Below, piece after piece: positions 17,349-26,074 of a DNA stretch of 32,000 nucleotides. A model generated the notes under the pieces. It did not search any database. It had not been told where the DNA came from and worked only from the letters and a program-made list of their open reading frames with translations. The position numbers and the translations under genes were made by a program. This stretch comes from Nitrospinota bacterium. Its GTDB lineage: Bacteria > Nitrospinota_A > UBA7883 > JACRGQ01. The first letter of the stretch is position 1. Each line of letters opens with the position of its first letter. The stretch spans positions 36,904-68,903 of the forward strand of contig JAOUMJ010000012.1 of NCBI GenBank assembly GCA_029881495.1, read 5' to 3'.

Positions 17349-18179
17349 ATGGCACAGCAAAAAACAGTAAAAGTAGGCGAACTTTCCATAGCGAACAACC
17401 TCCCGTTCACCCTTATTGCGGGGCCGTGCGTGATAGAGGACGAAAAGGGGGCGCTCTCCGCCGCCGAAAAACTGAAAAAGATGACCGACGAGCTGAAGAT
17501 CGGGTTCATATACAAATCGTCATACGACAAGGGGAACCGCTCATCCATAGAATCGTTCAGAGGGCTCGGCATGAAGCGGGGCCTCACAATACTTCAAAAA
17601 GTAAAACAGAAATTCGGCATACCTGTCCTCTCCGACATACATAATGAAATGGAGATACCTCAGGCGGCGGAAGTTCTCGACATCATTCAGATACCCGCCT
17701 ACCTCTGCCGTCAGACCGACATCCTCATAGCCGCCGCAAAGACCGGCAGAGTGATAAACGTGAAAAAAGGGCAGTTCCTCGCGCCGGGGGATATGGGGAA
17801 CGTCGTCGACAAGGTTGTGAAGTCGGGCAACGACCGCGTGCTCATTACGGAACGCGGGACGACCTTCGGCTACAACAATCTTGTATCAGACTTCAGGGCT
17901 CTTCCGATAATGGCGGAGACAGGATACCCGGTGATATTCGACGCGACACACTCCGTGCAGTTGCCCGGCGGACAGGGCACAAGCTCCGGCGGCGAGAGAA
18001 GATTCGTAGCCCCGCTCGCGCGCGCCGCGCTTGCTGTCGGCGCGGCAGGAGTTTTCATGGAGGTTCACCCCGATCCCGACAACGCCCCGTGCGACGGCCC
18101 GAACATGCTCAAGCTCAAGGATATGCCAAGGCTCCTCGCCGACCTCCTCGCCATCGACACGATCGCTAAAAAGAAATAG
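17349..18179 (+). CDS. kdsA: 2-dehydro-3-deoxyphosphooctonate aldolase (KDO8P synthase)
   Basis: LIAGPCVIE, KSSYDKGNRSS, IQIPAYLCRQTD and DATHSVQLPGG are typical KdsA blocks. Confidence 0.95.
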   Translation: MAQQKTVKVGELSIANNLPFTLIAGPCVIEDEKGALSAAEKLKKMTDELKIGFIYKSSYDKGNRSSIESFRGLGMKRGLTILQKVKQKFGIPVLSDIHNEMEIPQAAEVLDIIQIPAYLCRQTDILIAAAKTGRVINVKKGQFLAPGDMGNVVDKVVKSGNDRVLITERGTTFGYNNLVSDFRALPIMAETGYPVIFDATHSVQLPGGQGTSSGGERRFVAPLARAALAVGAAGVFMEVHPDPDNAPCDGPNMLKLKDMPRLLADLLAIDTIAKKK

Positions 18180-18194
18180 CAGAAAAGTTTAACA

Positions 18195-18229
18195 AGACCG
18201 TCCATTCATTAACAACGGTTCTCTTTTTT
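18195..18229 (+). terminator. rho-independent terminator after kdsA
   Basis: AGACCGT...ACGGTTCT stem (7 bp with one bulge, 13-nt loop), followed by C-T6. Confidence 0.55.
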
Positions 18230-18253
18230 GCATTGGTAGCACATAGGAAGCGA

Positions 18254-19381
18254 CTACTTTATTACAACTTTAGATACATAATCTCCAATTTCTGGATCCC
18301 AATAGCCGCCTTCGCCGGTTCTCTTTGCTTCTTCGTAAACCTTGCGCAATTCTTCTAGTGCTCCCTTACCGTAAATTGCCTTGTCCCAGTTTTCGGCTTC
18401 CACTACGTGCCTATTATTAAATTTGGCTCCAATAAGTTTTGCCGATTTCAGGTTGGCTAAAGCAATAAATACCGATTGCAGGTTGACTCCTTCAAGGTTT
18501 GTGGATTCCAGGTTGGCTCCCAGAAAATTTGTCGATTTCAGGTTGGCTTCTCTAAGGTCTGCGAATTGCAGGTTGGCTCTTACTAGGGTTGCCGATTGCA
18601 GGTTGGCTCTTATTAGAGATGCCGATTGCAGGGCAGCATCTTCGAGAAATGCCGATTGCAGGTTTGCTTCGTAAAGATTTGCCGATTTCAGCTTGGTTCC
18701 TCTAAGGTGTGCCGATTTCAGATCTACTTTAGAAAGGTGGGCTGATTTCAGTACGGCCCAGTCAAGATTGACACCGTTTAAATTTGCTTTACTCAGATCA
18801 GCTTTTGCCAGACTTATGCCTACCATTTTTTTGGTTATCTCTCCCCCCTCTTCACGGAAGACTGTGTGGATAGCCTTTATGTAATTTTGGACTACGGTAT
18901 CTTCGTCTACCTCTTCCGGTTGCCATGTCTGGAGAAGAGAGAAATATATTTCATATGCAGGTCTTCTGAATCTTTCGCCATGCTTGCCTATGGCAAATGG
19001 CTTCAACTGGTGAATTGCGGCTATCTGCAAGGTCCTCTCCTTATCGCCTTCTATACCTATTGCCCATTTCTGGATCTCGTGAAAATCTTTCTGGATGAGT
19101 TCTTCCTTTGCGTTCTGTATATCGGCCTTTTTATTCTGGTCGCGCCAGTACCAGATAAAAAGTGCTATTGGCGCGGCGGCAAACAAAGGGATGACAACGT
19201 TGAAAGGTTCCGCAAAAAGCTTAACTAGAAAATCCCTCTCGAAATGTATAAGAAGCAGCTCGATGAGACCGATTGCCGTAATGAGAAAAAACCGATAATG
19301 GTCTCTTACAAACAAGAAAGGGACTGATATTCTCTGCCAAATAGCACCCCATTTATCCCGAATGAACTTTCCTGGATTCAT
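18254..19381 (-). CDS. membrane-anchored pentapeptide-repeat protein (paralogue 2)
   Basis: It aligns with the 5491..6546 product over the middle and C-terminal regions (APIALFIWYWRDQNKKADIQNA, LQIAAIHQLKPFA, YWDPE). It carries about 27 pentapeptide units. The start is set to ATG 19381 (MNPGKF...) because the longer ORF (to 19414) would run through the conserved TATAAT motif. Confidence 0.85.
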   Translation of the reverse strand: MNPGKFIRDKWGAIWQRISVPFLFVRDHYRFFLITAIGLIELLLIHFERDFLVKLFAEPFNVVIPLFAAAPIALFIWYWRDQNKKADIQNAKEELIQKDFHEIQKWAIGIEGDKERTLQIAAIHQLKPFAIGKHGERFRRPAYEIYFSLLQTWQPEEVDEDTVVQNYIKAIHTVFREEGGEITKKMVGISLAKADLSKANLNGVNLDWAVLKSAHLSKVDLKSAHLRGTKLKSANLYEANLQSAFLEDAALQSASLIRANLQSATLVRANLQFADLREANLKSTNFLGANLESTNLEGVNLQSVFIALANLKSAKLIGAKFNNRHVVEAENWDKAIYGKGALEELRKVYEEAKRTGEGGYWDPEIGDYVSKVVIK

Positions 19382-19384
19382 GGA

Positions 19385-19416
19385 AGAATTATACATTTTT
19401 GTAGCGTATCGCACAT
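19385..19416 (-). promoter_or_regulatory. conserved 32-nt upstream motif with TATAAT (paralogue 2)
   Basis: Minus strand ATGTGCGATACGCTACAAAAATGTATAATTCT. TATAAT at 19393..19388 lies 6 nt before ATG 19381. Confidence 0.45.
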
Positions 19417-19446
19417 CTTTTCATACTGCTTGATTGCGCATGCCTT

Positions 19447-19458
19447 CACGGGGATGAC
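19447..19458 (-). repeat. decayed half-copy of the palindromic repeat upstream of paralogue 2
   Basis: Plus strand CACGGGGATGAC(AGAGGAGG). Compare GCGGGGATGAC(AAGAGGAC) at 6620..6638 and the reverse complement of array unit 3. The left arm of the palindrome is not conserved. Confidence 0.4.
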
Positions 19459-19497
19459 AGAGGAGGAAGATTGATTCTCTATAGTTAGGAAAAATAA

Positions 19498-20943
19498 TCA
19501 GCTGTCCGCACGGTTCTGCTTGAGGAGTTTGTCGGTCTCCTCTTTCAGCTTCGGGCCGAGGCTCACCTTGTAGACGTGAGGATTCATCAGTCGTCGCATC
19601 GTAGGATGCAACCTCTCCAACTGCAGCGATGCGCGGGCACGGATATCCTTCAACGCCGGAAACTGTACCGTCACCCTACCCCCTTTCATCACCTGTCTGA
19701 GAAGCGGTTCCGCTTCAGCAATTGAATCGTAAAACTTGTTCTGATACTCCATCACCGGATGATACCCCGTAACTCCTTTCGAGAAATCGTGCGCGACACC
19801 TTCCAGCTCCACGATGTCGGCCATCATCTCGTTTTCCGTACCGTAAAGCCTCCAGACCTGTTTAATCCCCGGTAGCGTAGACTTGTTTATATTGTCGCTC
19901 ACTTTCAGCTTCATGTCCCACTTGCCATCGGCATCCTGCAAGGCTGTAAGTTTATAAACGATGGAGAGCGCGGAGGTGCCGTCGCCGGTCACCAGTTTTG
20001 TCCCAACGCCGTAGGAATCGATTTTCGCCCCCTGTATCTTGAGGTCGTGAATGATGTACTCGTCCAGGTCGCTGGAGCCGACGATGATCACATCCTTCAA
20101 TCCCGCGTCGTCGAACATCCTGCGCGCTTCCGCGCTGAGGTACGCCAGGTCGCCGCTGTCTATCCTCACTCCGCGAAGGCGTCCCCCCTCACCCTTCATC
20201 TCAAGCGCGACCTTGATGGCGTTCGGCACACCGCTTTTCAGCGTGTCGTACGTATCCACCAGCAGGATAGAATTCTTCGGATAGATCTTTACGAAACTTC
20301 TGAAAGCCTCAAGTTCGCTGTCGAACGCCATTATCCAAGAGTGCGCCTGCGTCCCGGCCACAGGAATGCCGTACATCTTTCCGGCTTCTACGTTTGAAGT
20401 CCCGGCACACCCTCCGATATACGCGGAGCGGGAGGCGGTCAAGGCGCCGTCCACACCCTGCGCGCGGCGGAGGCCGAACTCCATTACGTTATCCTTCCCC
20501 GCTTCAAGCGATACGCGCGCCGCTTTTGTGGCGATGAGCGACTGGAAATTGAAAATATTCAAAAGCGCAGATTCGACAAGCTGACATTCAGGGAGGGGCG
20601 CTTCCACGCGTAGCAGAGGCTCTCGCGGAAAGACGACACTCCCTTCCGGTATCGCGTGAATGTCGCCGGTGAACTTGAAACTTTTCAGGTACTCCAGGAA
20701 ACCTTTTTCGAAAAAACCGATGCTCCCGATATATTCAATATCCTCATCGGTGAATTTCAGCCCTTCCAGAAATTCAAGAGCATCCTCCATGCCCGCCAGT
20801 AGCGTGTAGCCTCCGTTGAATGGATTTTGCCTGAAGTAAAGATCGAAACATGCCCTCCGCTCCATCATCCCCGACTTCCAGTAACCCTGGAGCATAGTAA
20901 GTTCGTAGAGGTCGGTAAATATCGCGGACTTCGGATGGCTCAC
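19498..20943 (-). CDS. pncB: nicotinate phosphoribosyltransferase
   Basis: 481 aa with the N-terminal FTDLYELTMLQGYW block, and later GTSN and RIDSGDL blocks typical of NAPRTase. Confidence 0.9.
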   Translation of the reverse strand: MSHPKSAIFTDLYELTMLQGYWKSGMMERRACFDLYFRQNPFNGGYTLLAGMEDALEFLEGLKFTDEDIEYIGSIGFFEKGFLEYLKSFKFTGDIHAIPEGSVVFPREPLLRVEAPLPECQLVESALLNIFNFQSLIATKAARVSLEAGKDNVMEFGLRRAQGVDGALTASRSAYIGGCAGTSNVEAGKMYGIPVAGTQAHSWIMAFDSELEAFRSFVKIYPKNSILLVDTYDTLKSGVPNAIKVALEMKGEGGRLRGVRIDSGDLAYLSAEARRMFDDAGLKDVIIVGSSDLDEYIIHDLKIQGAKIDSYGVGTKLVTGDGTSALSIVYKLTALQDADGKWDMKLKVSDNINKSTLPGIKQVWRLYGTENEMMADIVELEGVAHDFSKGVTGYHPVMEYQNKFYDSIAEAEPLLRQVMKGGRVTVQFPALKDIRARASLQLERLHPTMRRLMNPHVYKVSLGPKLKEETDKLLKQNRADS

Positions 20944-20966
20944 ATTCTATCCTCCGGTTGAAGGTA

Positions 20967-21614
20967 TCACGCTATCGCGGAGATATCGTTTTCGGATATC
21001 ATCGCCACTCCGGCCCCTTCCATTTCACGCATCGCGACGGCGACGGAACCTTCAATATCTATTCCCCGGCACGCTTCTCTGATAAGAAAAACTTCATAGC
21101 CAAGCTTTCGGGCGTCGAGCGCGGAGTATTTCACGCAGAAGTCGGTCGCGAGCCCGGCGATGAAGATACGTTTCAGTTTTCGCTCCTTCATGTAACCATG
21201 CAGACCTGTCGGCGTTCTTCTGTCGTTCTCATAAAACGCGGAGTATGAATCGATATCCCTGTGAAAGCCTTTCCTTACTATCAGCTCCGCCATCGGGAGG
21301 TCGAGCCCTTTATGAAACTCGGCGCCAATGCTCCCCTGTACGCAATGAGCCGGCCATAGCGTCTGTTCCCCATATTCGGCAGTGACTGTTTCAAACGGCG
21401 ATTTCCCTTCATGCGACGAGGCGAAGGAGAAATGCCCTTCCGTGTGCCAATCCTGGGTAAGTATCACATGAGGGAGCATCCTGCCGAGACGGTTAACGGA
21501 CGGAACTACGAGGTCCCCTTCATTGACCGCCAGCGCGCCTCCGGGGCAGAAGTCGTTCTGCACATCTACCACGAGCAGAACATCAGATTCTTCGAGAACG
21601 GTTCCAATACCCAT
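20967..21614 (-). CDS. pncA: nicotinamidase / pyrazinamidase (isochorismatase family)
   Basis: LLVVDVQNDFCPGGALAV and FIAGLATDFCV (catalytic Cys). GGAGGA lies 7 nt upstream, and the gene sits immediately upstream of pncB. Confidence 0.85.
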   Translation of the reverse strand: MGIGTVLEESDVLLVVDVQNDFCPGGALAVNEGDLVVPSVNRLGRMLPHVILTQDWHTEGHFSFASSHEGKSPFETVTAEYGEQTLWPAHCVQGSIGAEFHKGLDLPMAELIVRKGFHRDIDSYSAFYENDRRTPTGLHGYMKERKLKRIFIAGLATDFCVKYSALDARKLGYEVFLIREACRGIDIEGSVAVAMREMEGAGVAMISENDISAIA

Positions 21615-21763
21615 TTGCCCATCCTCCGCGGGTCAGCGACAAGATCCGCATCGGCAAATTTTACGAATTAATGCGACCTAACCTGCCAATTCATTTTAAC
21701 TTTTTTGCGGCATGAAAAAAAGGAGCCGAGGACGAAACGGGCGAAAAACTCTACGCGGTTGAA

Positions 21764-22375
21764 TTAATTCTTCCCCTGTTTTTCCTGTATCTTGAGCGCC
21801 CTTAATATATCGGAATTGGTGACATGCCCCGCCTCAAGGAGAATTTCGCCGATCCTTTTTTCCGGTGTCTGCTCTTTTTGAACGGCAAGGGCTTTTTCAA
21901 TATCCTCTTCGGTGACATGTTCCAGGATATATTTCGTCAATATTTCTCCAAAAAGCATCCGCTTTTTTTTCTCTTTTGCCTCGGCTTCCTTCTCCTCCCG
22001 GCTCTCGCTCGTCTGCTCCTCGTCGTCCTCGTACTCGTCATCCTCATCGGTTTCGGCAACATGTTTGCTCAATAGCGCCGCCTTTACGCGATCTGTCGCG
22101 TCGGAAATGCCGTCGACCACGCTGTCGGCGGTTTTCGTAAAAATATCGTAGATGACCTTCAGCACGAACAGGGCTACAAAAATAGCGAGAGGAACAAGAA
22201 CAATGGATACAAGGGCCTTCGCCTGGTCGGTTCTTTCGGCAACAGCACTCTCCGAGCTCTCCAGCTTGCGCCGGAATATCTCCTTTGCCTCGTCCGGCAC
22301 CTCGATGTTTATGGAAAACGGATCGAACTGTGAGATGTTTACAATGATGTCGCTCACAAGTGCAAATTCAGACAT
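21764..22375 (-). CDS. single-pass membrane protein with acidic linker and C-terminal T2SSE_N/MshEN-like motif pair
   Basis: Start set to ATG 22375 (MSEFALV...), preceded by GGGGGGCGGGGAA. It has one TM helix (LVSIVLVPLAIFVALFVLKVIY) and a D/E-rich stretch. The C-terminus is MLFGEILTKYILEHVTEEDIEKALAVQ-KEQTPEK-RIGEILLEAGHVTNSDILRALKIQ. Confidence 0.6.
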   Translation of the reverse strand: MSEFALVSDIIVNISQFDPFSINIEVPDEAKEIFRRKLESSESAVAERTDQAKALVSIVLVPLAIFVALFVLKVIYDIFTKTADSVVDGISDATDRVKAALLSKHVAETDEDDEYEDDEEQTSESREEKEAEAKEKKKRMLFGEILTKYILEHVTEEDIEKALAVQKEQTPEKRIGEILLEAGHVTNSDILRALKIQEKQGKN

Positions 22376-22421
22376 TTCCCCGCCCCCCAAAAAACAAAAG
22401 AACAATTCAGAATATAGGGAG

Positions 22422-22450
22422 ATATTAACCTTTAGCAGTTGATGCTTCAA
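22422..22450 (-). promoter_or_regulatory. candidate sigma70-type promoter for the 21764..22375 gene
   Basis: Minus strand TTGAAG(22450..22445)-N17-TAATAT(22427..22422), about 47 nt upstream of the ATG. Confidence 0.35.
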
Positions 22451-22477
22451 ATGGAATGTGGGAATTGAGTGGAAAAA

Positions 22478-22583
22478 GCATGTAAGAGACTACGGCCTAT
22501 CCCGTCGGAAAAAGCGGTAGGCCGCAGGCAAAAACCAGTTCATTCGTCGAGTCTCTCCGATATGCCCCTAGTCTCATACATGC
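22478..22583. other. nested inverted-repeat structure (candidate structured RNA or complex terminator)
   Basis: The outer stem GCATGTAAGAGACT(22478..22491)/AGTCTCATACATGC(22570..22583) pairs at 13 of 14 positions. The inner hairpin is CGGCCTA(22493..22499)/TAGGCCG(22518..22524). A second AGTCTCT copy (22550..22556) could pair alternatively with 22485..22491. On the minus strand the outer stem is followed by TTTTT. Confidence 0.35.
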
Positions 22584-22715
22584 CAAGAACACCGGAAGGT
22601 GTCCTCCACCTCTTTGTACCATAATTACTGGAAAAACCAAATAGAAAATATACCTATTTTCATATTTATTAATTACTTATGCGAAAATTCATTCGCATGT
22701 TGATAACTGGAACTA

Positions 22716-23693
22716 CTAACTATTTAATATTTCAGCCGCTTCCTTGGCGAAATATGTGAGTATCATATCGGCCCCGGCGCGTTTCATCGAAAGGAGCATC
22801 TCCATCATTACTCTTTTTCCGTCTATCCATCCCTTTTCGGATGCGGCTTTGACCATGGAATACTCTCCGCTGACGTTATAGGCGGCGACCGGGAGCGAGA
22901 ACTCTGATTTGATCCTGAAGATGATATCCATGTATGAAAGAGCCGGCTTTACCATTATGATATCGGCGTTCTCCTGTATATCGAGGAAAACTTCCCTGAG
23001 CGCCTCCCTGCTGTTGGCCGGATCCATCTGGTATGTGGAGCGATCGCCGAACTGTGGCGAAGAATCGCACGCTTCCCTGAACGGCCCGTAAAATGCCGAT
23101 GCGTATTTTGCCGAATATGCCATTATCGGTATCTCACCACACCCCTGGTTATCGAGAGCTTTCCGTATTATCGCCACTCTTCCATCCATCATATCGCTCG
23201 GCGCGACCATATCGGCCCCCGCGTCGGCGTGCGAGAGTGCCATAAGGCCGAGCTGTTCGAGCGTCGGATCGTTCAATATCTTTCCATCCTTCACTATTCC
23301 ACAGTGCCCGTGGGATGTGTATTCATCGATGCAGACATCCGTGATAACGGTAAGTCCGGGAACGGCGTTTTTGATCTCCTTTATCGCCCTTTGCACTTCG
23401 CCGTTCGGGTCAAGCGCGCTTGTGCCCTTCTCATCCTTCTTTTCAGGGATGCCAAAAAGGATTACCGCCGGAATACCGAGGGATGAAACCTCCTTCACTT
23501 CCTTTGCGATGTTGTCTACGGAGAACCTGTAATTCCCCGGCATCGAGGAAATCTCGGTTTTTACCCCTTTGCCGTACGTTATGAAGAGGGGATAAATGAG
23601 GTCGTCCGGCGTTAGAATAGTCTCGCGCACCATTCTTGCCAGGCTAGCGGACGCCCTTGTTCTCCTGCCTCTGTATTCCGGGAATTGCATCAC
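22716..23693 (-). CDS. hemB: porphobilinogen synthase (delta-aminolevulinic acid dehydratase)
   Basis: 325 aa with the Schiff-base lysine context [13 protein letters not shown], the metal-site block [14 protein letters not shown] and [12 protein letters not shown]. Confidence 0.95.
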   Translation of the reverse strand: MMQFPEYRGRRTRASASLARMVRETILTPDDLIYPLFITYGKGVKTEISSMPGNYRFSVDNIAKEVKEVSSLGIPAVILFGIPEKKDEKGTSALDPNGEVQRAIKEIKNAVPGLTVITDVCIDEYTSHGHCGIVKDGKILNDPTLEQLGLMALSHADAGADMVAPSDMMDGRVAIIRKALDNQGCGEIPIMAYSAKYASAFYGPFREACDSSPQFGDRSTYQMDPANSREALREVFLDIQENADIIMVKPALSYMDIIFRIKSEFSLPVAAYNVSGEYSMVKAASEKGWIDGKRVMMEMLLSMKRAGADMILTYFAKEAAEILNS

Positions 23694-23788
23694 GCAATTC
23701 TAACCTGAAAACGGGATGGAATTAAACCGCGGAATTCAAATTAGCAAAAAAAAGCGGTAACCGTCTCCTTTGGTTATAATACTCCGAC

Positions 23789-24346
23789 ATGGAACAAAAA
23801 TTCAGAAGACCGGAGACCAGGCAGATAATCTACGTCATACTCTTCGCCTTCACCTTCATCATGTTCTGGAAAACCCTTAACCACCGCTCCGCCGAGTATT
23901 ACGAAATGGGGGAAAAAGCTCTTGAGGAGGGGAAAACTCTTCAGGCGATAACATTCTTTGAACGCTCCGCCCTTTACTACACTCCAAACAATCCATACAC
24001 GGATGAGTCCGCCAAAAGGCTGGCCGAGATCGCCAAAGCCAATGGGGAGAACCTCTTTGGAAATCTGTCTGACCATGCCATCAAACGCATAGAAAAACAG
24101 ATCTACCCTTCGTCGATCTCACAACCCGCAGAAAAGGGGGATATCGAAGACGACCTCCCGGGGGGCTTGACGATACCGCACAGACTCGCGATACATGCAT
24201 CCTTTATTCTCTGGGTTGCCGGGATATTCTGGATCTTCAGAAAGGGCTTCACGGCCACCGGTGAAATAAACGTAAAGGAAGCTACAAACGGGCTCTTTAC
24301 ATTTCTAATATCACTATTTGTCTGGCTTTTCCTTCTGGCGGCGTGA
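23789..24346 (+). CDS. membrane protein with TPR-like segment (first gene of the GT-C operon)
   Basis: 185 aa with an N-terminal TM helix, a soluble helical segment (YYEMGEKALEEGKTLQAITFFERSALYY) and two C-terminal TM helices. Its stop overlaps the next start (ATGA at 24343..24346). Confidence 0.6.
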   Translation: MEQKFRRPETRQIIYVILFAFTFIMFWKTLNHRSAEYYEMGEKALEEGKTLQAITFFERSALYYTPNNPYTDESAKRLAEIAKANGENLFGNLSDHAIKRIEKQIYPSSISQPAEKGDIEDDLPGGLTIPHRLAIHASFILWVAGIFWIFRKGFTATGEINVKEATNGLFTFLISLFVWLFLLAA

Positions 24347-26073
24347 TGGGGCTGGCTGTATTTCTTGTCTCCTTTCTCCTCTATTCCTACACCGCCATAC
24401 CGGTCATCTTTTACGAAGACAATCCCGAATTCATAACTACCGCCTATACACTCGGAATCGCGCATCCAAGCGGATACCCGCTAATAAACATTCTCGGAAA
24501 CATCGCAGGACTTCTCCCTTTCGGCAACTTCGCGTACAGGTGCAACATCATGTCGGCGCTGTTCGGCGCTATCGCGGTCTATTTCTTTTTCCGGTGCTCC
24601 TTCACGCTTTCGAAGGAGAAGTTTTTCTCCGGGGCGGCGGCGCTGATATTCATGCTTTCGGGGAACCTCTGGACGCAAAGCTCGATCATGGAAGTCTATA
24701 CTCTCCACTACGCGCTCTTCTTCTCGGTGTTCTGGATATCCCTCTCCGGTCGCCTTATAGACTTCAGGTGGCTGTTGATATCATCTTTCCTGTTCGGTTT
24801 TGCCATCACCAACCACCTCTCGTTCGCCCTCGGCCTGATCCCATTCTCGCTTTTATGGATCGCAAAGAGGAGCGAGTGGCGCTACAGGATGGACATCGGT
24901 AAATTCGGACTCGTTCTCCTCGCTGGTCTCCTTAGCTGGTCGGTTCATCTTTATCTCCCAGCGAGATCGATGTCCGGCACACAAGATATCCTGTTCAGCT
25001 GGGGGAGGATCGATTCGCTTTCGTCTTTCATGGGGAACATCACCGGCTTCATATACTCCGACCTCCCTTTCAACAAAGGGAACATGCAGGACAGGCTGAA
25101 CATAATGATGGATTATTTCTCGAATTTCCCTATCTGGGCATGGGCCATATCCATAGTGCCGTTCGTATTCGGCATAATGAAGATGCTCGCCCTGAGCGTA
25201 TCGGGGAGCCTGGCGTTTCTCCTTGGGATAGTCGCATTCTTCTTCTACTCGCTTCTTCATTATGCCGCCATAGATATCATGATGGTTATACCGTGGGGGC
25301 TAAGCCTTCTGGTAATCTTCTTCGGCATAGCGCGGCTCGGCAATTTCCTTAAAAAGGCGACCGCTTCGGTGCTCACTATACTGGCAATATACATGTACTC
25401 AAACGGCATGTCCGAATACGACCGCCACGAAGATTACACAGCATACGACTACATGGTAGATGTATTTGAAACTGTCCCGCCCGACGGAAGGCTTGAGACA
25501 GTAGCCGGATTCGAAGAGAACTACATCCTTTTCTATTCTACCTTTGGCCCCGCGGCCATTTATCCAAAGACCGGCGAGAGTGAAAACGCTAAGCTGGAGC
25601 CTTTTTTCCCCTATCTTAGCCTGGAGGTAAAAACATCCGCCACATACAGCCTGTTCAACATGGCACACCCTTATTCGGGCAAATACGGCGATATGGCAAT
25701 ATGGAATTACATCCGGTCGTTCAATCTCGACAAGACCCACCTTCGATTCAGGGAGGGGCCGCTTACAAGAAGCGCGTACAAAGGGGCCGTGCTTGCAAGA
25801 ATTGCCGTGCAAAAGGGGCATGCCCTTATGAAAAACGGCGACAAACAGAAAGCCGGATTTTTCTATCAGCTTGCGGCAAAATGGAACACCGTAGGGGTAC
25901 TCAAGGAGGCAACGATTCGCGACAGGTGGGGAGAGACGGACACCTCGATCGCCATGATAGAAGCATCTCTTAAATCCAGGCCAACGACCTACGCCTCCGC
26001 CCTCCTCGCAAAAATCCGCCTGGCAGAAAAAAAGGGGGATAGACCGGCGTTTCTCCCGGACACAAATCTGTAA
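24343..26073 (+). CDS. DUF2723/TMEM260-like polytopic membrane protein (putative GT-C glycosyltransferase) with C-terminal TPR-like region
   Basis: 576 aa. The N-terminal block FYEDNPEFITTAYTLGIAHPSGYPL matches the DUF2723 signature (acidic residue pair followed by G-x-HPPGYPL). Many TM helices follow, then a soluble helical tail. Confidence 0.7.
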   Translation: MMGLAVFLVSFLLYSYTAIPVIFYEDNPEFITTAYTLGIAHPSGYPLINILGNIAGLLPFGNFAYRCNIMSALFGAIAVYFFFRCSFTLSKEKFFSGAAALIFMLSGNLWTQSSIMEVYTLHYALFFSVFWISLSGRLIDFRWLLISSFLFGFAITNHLSFALGLIPFSLLWIAKRSEWRYRMDIGKFGLVLLAGLLSWSVHLYLPARSMSGTQDILFSWGRIDSLSSFMGNITGFIYSDLPFNKGNMQDRLNIMMDYFSNFPIWAWAISIVPFVFGIMKMLALSVSGSLAFLLGIVAFFFYSLLHYAAIDIMMVIPWGLSLLVIFFGIARLGNFLKKATASVLTILAIYMYSNGMSEYDRHEDYTAYDYMVDVFETVPPDGRLETVAGFEENYILFYSTFGPAAIYPKTGESENAKLEPFFPYLSLEVKTSATYSLFNMAHPYSGKYGDMAIWNYIRSFNLDKTHLRFREGPLTRSAYKGAVLARIAVQKGHALMKNGDKQKAGFFYQLAAKWNTVGVLKEATIRDRWGETDTSIAMIEASLKSRPTTYASALLAKIRLAEKKGDRPAFLPDTNL

Positions 26074-26074
26074 A

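Noticed and set aside
22589-22602. ACACC-GGAA-GGTGT GNRA-tetraloop hairpin, considered as the SRP RNA helix 8.
   Set aside because: The conserved flanking symmetric and asymmetric loop sequences (AGGUCC...GGAAGCAGCC) are absent.
22679-22698. Hairpin ATGCGAA-aattca-TTCGCAT, 18 nt after the hemB stop, considered as a terminator or a dif-like Xer site (arms around a 6-nt centre).
   Set aside because: No U-run follows it on the hemB strand. The arm polarity and sequence do not match dif-type sites, where CATAA/TTATG face the centre. It may still be a weak mRNA-stabilising hairpin.
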